From: Oligoflexales bacterium
GTDB taxonomy: Bacteria; Bdellovibrionota_B; Oligoflexia; Oligoflexales; Bog-1112
DNA length: 59,726 nucleotides
Direction: 5' to 3'
Assembly: GCA_045106415.1 (NCBI GenBank)
Contig: JBGCEP010000037.1
Location: 1-59,726 of the forward strand
Numbering within the stretch: the first letter of the stretch is position 1; every line of letters starts with the position of its first letter. The translations under genes were made by a program, and so were the position numbers. The notes beneath the pieces were generated by a model. It made no database searches and was not told where the DNA came from. It saw only the letters and a list, made by a program, of their open reading frames with translations. Positions 1 to 10,310 of this stretch are shown piece after piece.

Positions 1-241
1 GATTCTGTCGCATCAATCACTTTATTCTTCAGGTCTAATGAGTATAACTTAGACATGTCAATTCCAAATATTTGATAAAACTAGGAACAACATACTAAAT
101 TTATAAGATAAAATCACATCTCTCGAATTCAAGTTTATAAGTGGAATAGACTCAGTCTGGGTGAGTAAATAAAACCAGCCAATGCTATAGCAAGGCAGAG
201 CCTTATTTACACTCTCATAGATGCCAAATATTGCTTTAAAA

Positions 242-638
242 CCGACATTGATCAATCCAAAGTGACGTTTTTGTAATTTTATTTTCGTTTAATAATCCTA
301 GAGTCGAGGTATATTTGATCGTCCATATTGGCTTGATAGCGAGCTTGAGTTCAGTTTAAAAAGTGATGTTGCTTTAATGGCCTAGGGTTGTAGACAATAT
401 CGGATTCTTCAATAATCTGAAATATGCTTGATTTTCTACGCTAATTTCATGCATCTAAAAATCAGAATGAACGAAATTGTTTGATCTTTTGACGATGTTG
501 TAAAATATGAGGTGGATGACATCTATCGCAATGGTGAAAAAGGTGGCTTAAAACCTGAGCTCAAGCCCACTTTCAAGGACAGTTTAGGAAAAACGGAAGA
601 AAATTACAAAAACGTCACTTTGGACTGATCAATGTCGG
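242..638. mobile_element. ~400-bp element bounded by 39-bp inverted repeats (MITE/IS remnant or invertible segment)
   Basis: 242-280 CCGACATTGATCAATCCAAAGTGACGTTTTTGTAATTTT matches the reverse complement of 600-638 at 38/39 positions; TAAAA occurs at both flanks (237-241, 640-644); no intact ORF inside. Confidence 0.6.
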
Positions 639-803
639 CTAAAAGAAGGATTTATCAACCTTTGCCAATTCTTAATACGTAAATAAAGTCATCTAATGCT
701 ATATTGCTTTCCGCCATCTATCACTGGCAATAATTATTGATTTAAAAATCATTAAAAACAATCTGATAAATAATGGAATTTCGCACTTGATTCTAAAATT
801 AAA

Positions 804-2411
804 TTAAATTTTATCTTTTTGAAAATTAAACGTTTGCGTTGCTAAATGATCCACTCGACACAAGCCATCTCGGTCCAAAACAGCACGAATCACTTGCAGC
901 TCAGGCTTCAATTTCTGCCCATAAAGCACACGTGTATGTGACACTAAAATATCAACATAACTCACACCTGGGAGTTGTTTTTCAATCGTTTTTTTTCCAG
1001 GTTCAACAGTATAAACATGACTTTGGATAGCATCAAGGTGCGGCCTCCATCTGTCCAAACTTAGCCGTTGAATGTCCCGCACACCACGTAACAAGTGCGG
1101 CACACACTTTAATGCCATAGCATAAAGTTTAATTGTTTTTCGATAATGCACAACGACTTCATGTCGTTTTTCACCAAAAACATCTTCACGTAAAATTTCT
1201 AAATTTTTAGGGAACTCTTCTTCTTTCAAAAAATGTCGAACTTCTTGCAAATCTCCGACAACAACTTTTTCACCGTCAGCATCAGTATACCAAACACGCT
1301 CACTTCGATCAGGCAACCTCCCTAGAATGCCTCCAGCAAAACGGTCACGTAAAACGTCTTTAATCCTGTCTTTCAAGATATAAGCAATAATAGAAGCCAT
1401 AATTAAAACACCAAGACCCCAGTTTTCCGTTTCTTCCCATCCATATTGAATCTGACGCACCATCATCACCTGAGCAACTGACGCCCATAAAGCAGCGACC
1501 CCTGCTGCAATAATATAACCAGATTGTTTTTTCAGCGCGAATAAAGATGGTGTTCTCGTGTCTAAAAAAAGCACTCTCCACACATGCCTTTTTAGCGATC
1601 TTCTATGAACAGCATACTCTTCAACTTCAGTAGAGTCAGTTTGAGCATCCATCCACATCCATCCTTGCAACTCAGCATAACGTTTTTCAAGCCTAAAAAA
1701 ACCATACAAACGTCGCTCTAATTTTTTTTGCTCAGGCCCTTGTTGTATAGCATGTAACATTTGACCTATAGCATCACGCACACGCATACTGCAAAATTCA
1801 TCAACAATCGCCATTTCTTTTAGAATACGATCATCAATCACATCACTGTGACTTTCAAATGTTCGCCTTAACTTTCTCCAGCGAGCAATTAATAAAAAAG
1901 TCTTTCTAGAACTATTCATAGCAATAGCAACACCCTTATCGTAGCGACGTGGATCTTGTATCCACTTCACACATCGTGATACTCGACGCATTGCAAAATT
2001 ATGAAAAGCACAGCCAAAAATAAGGCATTCTGCCGCCATTTGAGATGCTGACTCCATCGGTTTTGCATGAAGAAAATCATGCAAATAATGATCAAATCGC
2101 ACAAAAACACGACGCTCAAAATCTTTAAATCCATAACGAGGTTCACTAAACCTCATAAAAGGCCGTAGGTCTTCATAAAAAGTATCTTTTGGCCAAGAAG
2201 CTTTTCCAACCCCTAAATGTGGGGGGAAAAACATATAAAGGTCAACCTCGTAATGTTGATCTTGCGCTGTTGTATAATCAAGCACCTTACGACCCCAAAG
2301 ATCATAATCAAACAAAACTTCAAGGTGCTTTCGCCCACGGCCAGACACAAGTGAACGGATATATTTTTTCTTTTTTCTAGACTTGGGCTCCGCCAACCAA
2401 GCCCTCCTCAC
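804..2411 (-). CDS. Hypothetical protein with two predicted TM helices
   Basis: 535-aa ORF overlapping the ruvB end; hydrophobic pair 'YIIAAGVAALWASVAQV' / 'LGVLIMASIIAYIL'; start may be TTG at 2396 after GAGGAG. Confidence 0.8.
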   Translation of the reverse strand: MRRAWLAEPKSRKKKKYIRSLVSGRGRKHLEVLFDYDLWGRKVLDYTTAQDQHYEVDLYMFFPPHLGVGKASWPKDTFYEDLRPFMRFSEPRYGFKDFERRVFVRFDHYLHDFLHAKPMESASQMAAECLIFGCAFHNFAMRRVSRCVKWIQDPRRYDKGVAIAMNSSRKTFLLIARWRKLRRTFESHSDVIDDRILKEMAIVDEFCSMRVRDAIGQMLHAIQQGPEQKKLERRLYGFFRLEKRYAELQGWMWMDAQTDSTEVEEYAVHRRSLKRHVWRVLFLDTRTPSLFALKKQSGYIIAAGVAALWASVAQVMMVRQIQYGWEETENWGLGVLIMASIIAYILKDRIKDVLRDRFAGGILGRLPDRSERVWYTDADGEKVVVGDLQEVRHFLKEEEFPKNLEILREDVFGEKRHEVVVHYRKTIKLYAMALKCVPHLLRGVRDIQRLSLDRWRPHLDAIQSHVYTVEPGKKTIEKQLPGVSYVDILVSHTRVLYGQKLKPELQVIRAVLDRDGLCRVDHLATQTFNFQKDKI

Positions 2412-3432
2412 GCGGCTTTAAATAGCTCCGCACAAAAGACCAGCCTGCCTCAGTAAGCAAACGCCCACGTGAACTACGAGCTAATAACCCTGTATAAACC
2501 AACCAAGGCTCATAAACATCTTCTAAAGTAGCTCTTTCTTCACCAACCGAGACAGCTAGGGCTTCAATACCAACTGGACCACCTTGGTAGCGCTCAGCGA
2601 TATGTTGAAGGACAAGCCTATCAATACGATCAAGACCTCTGGCATCCACTTCAATACGACCTAAAACATCCCCAACCACTTTCTCATTAATTTCCGGGAC
2701 ATGACTCACGTCAGCAAAGTCTCGAGCCCTACGTAGCAAGCGATTTGCAATGCGGGGAGTGCCCCGCGAACAACGCGCCAGCATAAGAGCACCAGCATCA
2801 CTCAATTGCGTACCTAAAATATGAGCAGATCTCGATAAAATACGAGCCAAGTCAGCGTCGTTATAATATTGAAGCCTCTCTTGAATCCCAAAGCGGTTGA
2901 TAAAAGGCTTTGACAAGCTTGCTAAACGCGTTGTTGCACCCACAAGAGTAAAAGGCGAGACAGGCATACGAACAGCCCGCGCTGTAGCTCCTTGTCCAAC
3001 CGTCAAATCAATCACAAAATCTTCCATCGCCGAATACAACATTTCTTCTACTTGAATCGGAATTCTATGGATTTCATCAAAAAAAAGCACAGATCCAGGC
3101 GTTAAACCAGCAAGAATACCAGCTAAATCCCCAGGCTTATCAAGAGCAGGACCACTCAGAGTAAAAAAATCAGCTTCTAATTCCTTAGCTAAGACAGCTG
3201 CGAGCGACGTTTTGCCTAGACCAGGAGGCCCATGCAACAACACATGATCCAAAGGATCATGTCTATTTTTTGCTGCTTGCACATAAATTTGAAGATTTTC
3301 AATCACCATAGCCTGCCCTGGATAATCTTCAAAACTCTGAGGGCGTAGTTCACTACGTTCGTAAACTTTTTCATTTTCGTGAACAACACTATCCATGTAG
3401 CGCTCTACAACGACAGGTGAATCATGATCCAT
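2377..3432 (-). CDS. ruvB: Holliday junction branch migration helicase RuvB
   Basis: LRPQSFEDYPGQ, Walker A GPPGLGKT, FFDEIH, SRGTPRIANRLLRR, GGPVGIEALA. Confidence 0.98.
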   Translation of the reverse strand: MDHDSPVVVERYMDSVVHENEKVYERSELRPQSFEDYPGQAMVIENLQIYVQAAKNRHDPLDHVLLHGPPGLGKTSLAAVLAKELEADFFTLSGPALDKPGDLAGILAGLTPGSVLFFDEIHRIPIQVEEMLYSAMEDFVIDLTVGQGATARAVRMPVSPFTLVGATTRLASLSKPFINRFGIQERLQYYNDADLARILSRSAHILGTQLSDAGALMLARCSRGTPRIANRLLRRARDFADVSHVPEINEKVVGDVLGRIEVDARGLDRIDRLVLQHIAERYQGGPVGIEALAVSVGEERATLEDVYEPWLVYTGLLARSSRGRLLTEAGWSFVRSYLKPREEGLVGGAQV

Positions 3433-3449
3433 AGTATTCTACCTTTTGC

Positions 3450-4118
3450 TTACATCCGGAGCGGAAGTCCCGCTCTTTGCCCTTTTTGAGAAGGGGTCAA
3501 CTCTGTCAAAGCCGCCTTCATAAGGAAAGAAAAATCATTCTGCTTCCACTCTGCCGCCGCTTCGAGCGCATGCAAAGCTCGCTCAATATCTCGTGGTCGA
3601 AACCCGAGGTTCTCAAGAGCTGAATGAAGATCCCTTTTCATCGTATTTGTTTTAGCATCTTCCGGCCGTACCGTTTCAGTGACAAGAGCTGTTTCGTCAC
3701 AAGAAAAGATCCACTGCAACCTTTCTAAACGGTTTTTAAGCTCTAGCATTATCTTTTCAGCCGTCCTGCGACCAATCCCTGGCACACTTTGTAAAGCCTG
3801 CAGGTCTTCTTGTTGCACAACGCGCACTAACTGCACTCCTGGAAGAACAGTCAACATAGCTAGAGCCATTTTAGGGCCAACGCCTGACACCCCAATCAAA
3901 ACCTCAAAAAGCTCACGACTTGCCACTTCTAAAAAACCAAAAAGCTTCAATGTGTCTTCTTTGACCATCGTATAAATCGACAGACGCACCTCTTGACCAA
4001 TATTTAAGGTCGACAATTCTGTCGGCGTCATTGTTACGCCGTAACCCACTCCAGACACAGACACGACAACACGGTCACTTGCCTGAAAGGCAACCTCACC
4101 TACAAGACTCTCAATCAT
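3450..4118 (-). CDS. ruvA: Holliday junction DNA-binding protein RuvA
   Basis: GVGY, LFGF, VSGVGPKMAL and VPGIGRRTA HhH motifs, ALENLGF; adjacent to ruvB. Confidence 0.97.
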   Translation of the reverse strand: MIESLVGEVAFQASDRVVVSVSGVGYGVTMTPTELSTLNIGQEVRLSIYTMVKEDTLKLFGFLEVASRELFEVLIGVSGVGPKMALAMLTVLPGVQLVRVVQQEDLQALQSVPGIGRRTAEKIMLELKNRLERLQWIFSCDETALVTETVRPEDAKTNTMKRDLHSALENLGFRPRDIERALHALEAAAEWKQNDFSFLMKAALTELTPSQKGQRAGLPLRM

Positions 4119-4148
4119 GCAGGCCTCCTTTATTATAAAGTTTGAAGT

Positions 4149-4652
4149 TTATGAATGCTTTCGCAGTCTAGAAGAGAGGCGCTCTTTTAAAGCTTCAAGT
4201 TCGCCACGGTTCACAGCTGGAAGCTCTAAGGCGGACACAAGCAGATCCAAGTCCGCTTGTGTCATCTGCTGTAATGAAATAACAGTTTCATTAAAATTGC
4301 GAATCACGTATTGAAGCTCATCACCATCTCGCACTTTCATACGTCCGGTAAAGTTTTCAAAGCTTAAGCGCCTTAACTCTCGCACAAGACTGTACATAGG
4401 GCCAGCGACACGGTGACTGATATAAACAGCTGTCATGGCAAGAACACCAATATTCACTAAAACAGCTAAAGACATTCCAGCTAAAACAGGCCATGGCAAG
4501 AACATGGGAATACGCAAAATCTCAAACTTATAAAGCGGATACAAAATTAGCACCGCCGTTAAAACTGTCGAAGCGACACCAGCCGCAATTGCAGCTCTGG
4601 TATAACGCATCTGAAAATCACGATCGACAAGAATTAAAGATTTCGCGCCCAT
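4149..4652 (-). CDS. Small two-TM HAMP-domain membrane protein
   Basis: Two hydrophobic helices followed by SHRVAGPMYSL...RDGDELQYVIRNFN (HAMP-like). Confidence 0.75.
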   Translation of the reverse strand: MGAKSLILVDRDFQMRYTRAAIAAGVASTVLTAVLILYPLYKFEILRIPMFLPWPVLAGMSLAVLVNIGVLAMTAVYISHRVAGPMYSLVRELRRLSFENFTGRMKVRDGDELQYVIRNFNETVISLQQMTQADLDLLVSALELPAVNRGELEALKERLSSRLRKHS

Positions 4653-4663
4653 GTTCTTAACCT

Positions 4664-5809
4664 TTATTTACGCAGCAAATCAGCTTTATCAGTACGCTCC
4701 CAAGGGAACTCAGAACGCCCAAAATGGCCATATGCAGCTGTCGCTTGATAAATAGGAGCAAGCAATTGAAGGTGCTCACTGATTTCAGCAGGCTTCATAC
4801 GGAAATGCTCACGCACAATCATCGCCAATTCATCCGAAGAATGCTTAGAAGTCCCTGCTGTATCAACATAAATACTGACAGGGTCCGCGACACCGATCGC
4901 ATATGAAAGTTGAACAAGGCAACGCGATGCCAATCCTGCTGCAACAAGATTCTTCGCTATGTAACGGCCCATATAGGCGGCAGATCTATCTACCTTTGAA
5001 GGATCTTTCCCTGAAAAAGCGCCACCACCGTGTGCTCCATGGCCACCATAAGTGTCCACAATAATTTTACGTCCCGTTAAACCCGCATCACTCATAGGAC
5101 CGCCTTCAATAAAGCGCCCTGTTGGGTTGATGTGATATTTCGTATCTTTCAACATTTCTGTTGGAATCGATTTTTTTACACACTCTTCAATAACGTATTC
5201 TTTAAGAGTTTTATGCTCAACATCAGGGCTATGCTGTGTCGAGACCACAACAGTATCAACACGTTGAGGACGACCGTTTTCATATTCAATTGTTACTTGG
5301 CTTTTTGCATCAGGTCGCAACCAGTTAACAGCCCCTGAGCGGCGTTTTTGAGATAGGTCTCTCAAAATGCTATGCGAATAGCTAATACTTGCTGGCATAA
5401 GCTCTGGAGTTTCATCACAAGCATAACCAAACATCATACCCTGATCACCAGCCCCTTGGTCAACATGAAGACCCTGGCCTTCGTTTACGCCTTGAGCAAT
5501 ATCTGGGGATTGTTCATTTAGAAGCAACACCACACCACAACCCTGAGCATCAAAACCTACTTCAGGTGAGGTATATCCAATGTTTTCGATTGTCCGGCGA
5601 GCAATAGCATCATAGTCAACATGGTGCTTGGATGTGACTTCACCAGCTAAAACAACAATCCCTTTTTTGATCACTGTTTCACATGCAACTCGTGAAAAAC
5701 GATCACCCCGCAGCAATTCATCTAAAACTGCATCACTCACTTGGTCTGCAACTTTATCTGGATGGCCTTCACTCACTGACTCTGAAGTGAATAAGTACTT
5801 AGAACTCAT
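4664..5809 (-). CDS. metK: S-adenosylmethionine synthetase
   Basis: [28 protein letters not shown] signatures. Confidence 0.99.
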   Translation of the reverse strand: MSSKYLFTSESVSEGHPDKVADQVSDAVLDELLRGDRFSRVACETVIKKGIVVLAGEVTSKHHVDYDAIARRTIENIGYTSPEVGFDAQGCGVVLLLNEQSPDIAQGVNEGQGLHVDQGAGDQGMMFGYACDETPELMPASISYSHSILRDLSQKRRSGAVNWLRPDAKSQVTIEYENGRPQRVDTVVVSTQHSPDVEHKTLKEYVIEECVKKSIPTEMLKDTKYHINPTGRFIEGGPMSDAGLTGRKIIVDTYGGHGAHGGGAFSGKDPSKVDRSAAYMGRYIAKNLVAAGLASRCLVQLSYAIGVADPVSIYVDTAGTSKHSSDELAMIVREHFRMKPAEISEHLQLLAPIYQATAAYGHFGRSEFPWERTDKADLLRK

Positions 5810-5906
5810 CTACGACTCCTTGGCTCTATAAAACCAACAGGCAGAACAACCGCCTGATAAGTGTATTATCAAACTTCATCACATCATTTAAAATAACTTA
5901 TGCACA

Positions 5907-6644
5907 TCACGATTTCATTTCGTAAGGATACAACAAAGACGCAACTACCTCTATCTTCTCATCAATTTCATCTAGTGACAATGCATCTTTTAATTCAAAG
6001 CCTGACGCTTGGCTTCGCGTCAATTCAATCACATGACCACACGTGCCCAAAGCCTCAGCTATTTGCACTGCAAGAACACGAATGTACGTTCCTTTTGAAC
6101 ATGTGGCTCTTAAAGAAATATGACCTAAACTCAGATCACAAGACTCCAAACAAAGCTCATGAACAGTAATTTCTCGAGATAACTCATCTAATGGTACTTC
6201 ATGGGCACGCCCCTCCCTTGCATAAGCATAGAGTGGTTTGCCTTTATATTTTACCGCAGAAAAAATAGGCGGTATTTGTTGTTGTGAGCCCACAAACTTT
6301 GGCACAGCCTCAGCCACAGCAGCTTCAACGACGTGAGCAAATACTTGCTCTTCAACCACTGCTCCATCTGCATCTAAGGTATCTGTGTGCTGACCAAGCT
6401 GGATCGTAAAACAATATTCTTTAGGAAGAGCAAGAAGCGCGTCTTGAGCTCTCGTTGCTTGGCCAAAAACCACAGGCAAAATACCATCTGCAGCGGGATC
6501 TAACGTGCCAACATGACCCATTTTCACTCTACCTAGCTTCTTTTCCAAATGGCGAATCACGTCACGAGAGCCCATGCCTTTTGGCTTATAAACAGGCAAA
6601 ACCCCATTTAAATCGCTACGTATATAATTTATCTTACGACCCAT
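5907..6644 (-). CDS. truB: tRNA pseudouridine(55) synthase (short form)
   Basis: GHVGTLDP catalytic Asp, QIPPIFSAVK, CSKGTYIR; follows rbfA. Confidence 0.96.
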   Translation of the reverse strand: MGRKINYIRSDLNGVLPVYKPKGMGSRDVIRHLEKKLGRVKMGHVGTLDPAADGILPVVFGQATRAQDALLALPKEYCFTIQLGQHTDTLDADGAVVEEQVFAHVVEAAVAEAVPKFVGSQQQIPPIFSAVKYKGKPLYAYAREGRAHEVPLDELSREITVHELCLESCDLSLGHISLRATCSKGTYIRVLAVQIAEALGTCGHVIELTRSQASGFELKDALSLDEIDEKIEVVASLLYPYEMKS

Positions 6645-7006
6645 TATTCTTCTGGCTCCTCAGACATTTCTGAACGAGCATCGATTAAAAGAGACTCAAT
6701 GCGCTCACCTCTTTCAATACTTGCGTCATAGAAAAAACGTAATTCAGGCACACGGCGCAAATCAATCTTCCCGCCAAGCTGTTTTCGTAAAAATCCTGCA
6801 CACTGCTTAAATCCTGCGAGCATTTCTTCTTCACTCTTATCGCCATAACAACGGAAATAAACAGATGCCATTTGTAAATCAGCACTCACTTTCACATAAG
6901 TCACTGTCACATCTTGCAGCCTAGGATCTCTTACATCACCACGGCTGAATACTATCGCAATCACATCACGAATCTGATCCGCCACTCTATCTTGTCTTAA
7001 GCCCAT
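6644..7006 (-). CDS. rbfA: Ribosome-binding factor A
   Basis: RQDRVADQI, DPRL, VSADL, LRRVPELRFFYD. Confidence 0.96.
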   Translation of the reverse strand: MGLRQDRVADQIRDVIAIVFSRGDVRDPRLQDVTVTYVKVSADLQMASVYFRCYGDKSEEEMLAGFKQCAGFLRKQLGGKIDLRRVPELRFFYDASIERGERIESLLIDARSEMSEEPEE

Positions 7007-7061
7007 ACTTCTAACTCTTCTTCTTCAAAGTTCATCTGATGCAAAACATCAGGTATTAGAC

Positions 7062-7091
7062 AAAAAGCTGACCTACTGTAGGCCAGCTTTT
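7062..7091 (-). terminator. Intrinsic terminator-like hairpin between infB and rbfA
   Basis: Minus strand AAAAGCTGGCCTAC-A-GTAGGTCAGCTTTTT: stem-loop with U tract. Confidence 0.55.
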
Positions 7092-7114
7092 TATCTAATA
7101 AATTATTCTTGTTC

Positions 7115-10100
7115 TTATGAATGAAACTCAAGTACCGCTGCAGACTCTTCAATAATATAAGCTTCCAGCATGTCACCAATTTTGATGTCATTGTAACCAT
7201 CAATACCAATGCCGCACTCATAGCCGTTTTGAACTTCTTTCACATCATCTTTAAAACGACGAAGCGAAGAAATACGGCCATCATAAATCACAACTTCTTC
7301 TCGAATAAGTCGCAAGTGAGCGCTTCTTGTAATCTTACCATCAACAACAGCTGAGCCCGCGATTGTACCAATCTTCGGAACGCTAATTGCTGTACGAACT
7401 TCTGCATGACCTTGAATCACTTCGGAAGTCACAGGCGGCAACTTGCCTGCCATAAGATTTTTAATTGTGTCAACCAGTTCATAAATCACACTGAAGTATT
7501 TAAGAACAACACCACGATCTTCAATATCGTCATCAACACCTCGAGAAGCACGAACGTTAAAGCCCATGATAACAGCGCCACTTGTCTCAGCCAAACTCAC
7601 ATCAGATTCATTCACACCACCAGCAGCACTATGAACAATTGAAACGCGAACATTTGGGTTCTTATTTAGTTTTTGCAGCGCTTCTGAGATTGCTTCAACT
7701 GAGCCTTGAGTATCACCCTTCACAATGACAGGAAGAATAGCCCCTTGCTCTGTTCTTGTCTTAGCTAAAAGCTCTTCCAACGAAGAACCTGAAGATCGAA
7801 CCAACTTCGCCTGAGCTTCAAGATGCCTCAAATCAGCAATATCTTTTGCTTTTTTATCGTCATCGACCGTATGAAGTTTATCACCAGCCTGCGGCACACC
7901 ATTCAGACCAGTCACTTCAACAGGAGTTGATGGACCTGCAATATTAACTGTGCGCCCTCTATGATCAGACATTCCACGAACACGGCCTGTTTGCGTACCG
8001 ACAACAACCCAGTCACCTTTTTTCATTTGACCAGCTGTCACCATCACTGTTGCAACAGGACCTCGCCCCTTATCTAAGCGAGCTTCAACAACAACACCTT
8101 CAGCTTCACCTTCAGCACGAGCCTTGAGCTCCATCATTTCAGCCTGCAGAAGAACAGCCTCAAGAAGTTGGTCTAAACCAGTTCTCTGAAGCGCTGAAAC
8201 CTTTACAAATTGAGTGTCCCCACCCCATTCTTCAGCTTGAACACCACGCTCACTCAACTCTGTATAAATACGGTCCAGATTAATATTTGGCTTATCAATT
8301 TTATTTACAGCCACAATAATTGGAACACCAGCATCTTTAGCATGGGAGATCGCTTCAATCGTCTGCGGCATCACACCATCATCAGCAGCAACCACAAGAA
8401 TAACAACATCAGTGAGCCTTGCTCCCCGAGAACGCATTGAAGAAAACGCTGCGTGGCCTGGAGTATCTAGGAAAGCAATACTCTTTCCTGACTCTGTTTG
8501 CGCTGTATAAGCACCAATATGTTGAGTGATACCACCAGCTTCTCCGCCAGCAACATCTGCTTTACGAATAGCATCTAGAATAGATGTTTTTCCGTGATCT
8601 ACGTGTCCCATCACAGTCACAATGGCTGGGCGTGATGACGTTTCAACATCAGAAAACTGATCCAGCTTTAAGATATCTTCTTCTGTGATTTGAATGCTTT
8701 TCACTTCATAGCCATAATCACTTGCCAACAACGTTGCTGTTTCCACATCAACATCTTGGTTCAAAGTAACTGTCATGCCCTGAAGCAAAAGCTTCTTGAT
8801 TAACTCAGCAGCTTTAACGCTCATCTGCCTTGCTAACTCACTAATGCTAATACACTCACGTTCCAGCTTAACGATTAACGAACCTGCTTTTGGGGCGATC
8901 GTACTAGTCATTTTCGGCACGCCTTTTTGGCGACGACGACCAGAACGTTTTTTACCACCCGCAGCTGGGTTGTAAACCGTTCTACGACGGGCTGTTGCCG
9001 CTGCTGCTTCATCGAAGCCACTATCTGCAACCGCTAATAAATCACGCGTTGACACTCTACGCTTGCCCGCACTCGTTGCAGGCACAGGTGCCCTGACTTT
9101 TTCGTCATCCCTTGCCTTAACCTTAGTTTCGACATGCCCACGTCGACCTTCACCACGTTCAGATCTAGAAGCTTTCGCATGCGCTGGATCTGGAATCTCA
9201 ATATTAGGCACAACAGGATTTTGAGAAGCACCACCTGACCACTGAGAACCGCCGCCGCCTTGGCCACGATTTTGTGGTGGACGTGATCCCGGAGGACCCG
9301 AATGAGGGCGTTTATTTGGGCCACCAGAAGATGGGCCACGGTTATGATGACTCGGGCCACGGTTTCCGTCTCTTTGCCCATCTCTTTGTCCGTCGCGCTG
9401 ACCATCTCGGAAGTCACGACGTTCACCACCTTGACCGCCACCTTGGCCACCTTGAGCAGGACGACGAGCTTTATTGTGTTGCTCTCGCTCTCGCTCTCGC
9501 TCTTTTGCCATGCTACGAATATCTTCAGGTGTCGCTCTACGAACAATTGTTGCACCGCCTGAAAAACCACGGCGTGCAGGACGAGCGACAAGCTTAGCAC
9601 CTTGCTCCGGAGTCTGCTGCTCTTTCGCTGCTCCAGCAACTTCTTTTGCTGGAGACTTAGGAGCTGATGAGACAACCGATGCTGACACTTTTTCTACAGG
9701 GGGAGCTGCTCTCACAACAACTGCTGCTGAGCGATCTTCTTGTTTTCTTTGCATAACCTTAGCTGGCTCAGACTTTTTATCGTCTTGAGGTGCAGCTTCT
9801 TTTTTCCTTACAACCACAGCAGATTCTGACAACTTAGCAGTAGGCTCTGTTTTTGCCTCGGCTTTAGGTTGAGCAGCTTCTGCGCTTATTTGTTTATCTT
9901 TTTTAGAAGCATCATCAACATGAGACGCAACTTTAGGTGTTTCTGAAACAACAGCAGAAGATTTCGCTTCTGAAGCAGGAACCACCCCTGACTCAGAAGA
10001 AACCTGAGTCTGCGATGCCATCTCTGATGTTTTTTGCTCATCAGTGGACTGTTCAGCCTGAGCTGGCTGCGCCACAGAACGACGTCTGCGCACAACAACC

Positions 10101-10270
10101 TTAGGCTTACCCTCTGGCACATGAAGTTGCCGAATTTGATCAATTTGCTTTGGAGTCAACGTATTCTGATGAGTTTTAATATCATAACCCATATCCTGAA
10201 GTTGGCTCAAAAGCGTTTTGCTATCTTGATCCAACTCTCTTGCTAACTCGTATACCCGGATTCTGCCCAT
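7115..10270 (-). CDS. infB: Translation initiation factor IF-2
   Basis: [11 protein letters not shown]-terminus, [25 protein letters not shown]; long low-complexity linker. Confidence 0.99.
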   Translation of the reverse strand: MGRIRVYELARELDQDSKTLLSQLQDMGYDIKTHQNTLTPKQIDQIRQLHVPEGKPKVVVRRRRSVAQPAQAEQSTDEQKTSEMASQTQVSSESGVVPASEAKSSAVVSETPKVASHVDDASKKDKQISAEAAQPKAEAKTEPTAKLSESAVVVRKKEAAPQDDKKSEPAKVMQRKQEDRSAAVVVRAAPPVEKVSASVVSSAPKSPAKEVAGAAKEQQTPEQGAKLVARPARRGFSGGATIVRRATPEDIRSMAKEREREREQHNKARRPAQGGQGGGQGGERRDFRDGQRDGQRDGQRDGNRGPSHHNRGPSSGGPNKRPHSGPPGSRPPQNRGQGGGGSQWSGGASQNPVVPNIEIPDPAHAKASRSERGEGRRGHVETKVKARDDEKVRAPVPATSAGKRRVSTRDLLAVADSGFDEAAAATARRRTVYNPAAGGKKRSGRRRQKGVPKMTSTIAPKAGSLIVKLERECISISELARQMSVKAAELIKKLLLQGMTVTLNQDVDVETATLLASDYGYEVKSIQITEEDILKLDQFSDVETSSRPAIVTVMGHVDHGKTSILDAIRKADVAGGEAGGITQHIGAYTAQTESGKSIAFLDTPGHAAFSSMRSRGARLTDVVILVVAADDGVMPQTIEAISHAKDAGVPIIVAVNKIDKPNINLDRIYTELSERGVQAEEWGGDTQFVKVSALQRTGLDQLLEAVLLQAEMMELKARAEGEAEGVVVEARLDKGRGPVATVMVTAGQMKKGDWVVVGTQTGRVRGMSDHRGRTVNIAGPSTPVEVTGLNGVPQAGDKLHTVDDDKKAKDIADLRHLEAQAKLVRSSGSSLEELLAKTRTEQGAILPVIVKGDTQGSVEAISEALQKLNKNPNVRVSIVHSAAGGVNESDVSLAETSGAVIMGFNVRASRGVDDDIEDRGVVLKYFSVIYELVDTIKNLMAGKLPPVTSEVIQGHAEVRTAISVPKIGTIAGSAVVDGKITRSAHLRLIREEVVIYDGRISSLRRFKDDVKEVQNGYECGIGIDGYNDIKIGDMLEAYIIEESAAVLEFHS
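9362..9409 (-). repeat. Imperfect 12-bp tandem repeat encoding RDGQ x3 + RDGN in the IF2 linker
   Basis: Translation [16 protein letters not shown]; nearby (GCTCTC)n at 9481-9502 encodes ERERERE. Confidence 0.8.
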
Positions 10271-10310
10271 TCAATTTCCTCACTCTTGTTACTCTACTCA
10301 CCGCAAACCA

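Noticed and set aside
58..255. 65-aa minus-strand ORF at the window start
   Set aside because: TTG start inside the inverted repeat, no SD and no recognisable motif
242..638. Retron msr/msd bounded by a1/a2 repeats
   Set aside because: No reverse transcriptase in the window and no clear msr/msd stems
5810..5906. Known-class SAM riboswitch upstream of metK
   Set aside because: No SAM-I, II or III consensus recognised in the 97-bp spacer
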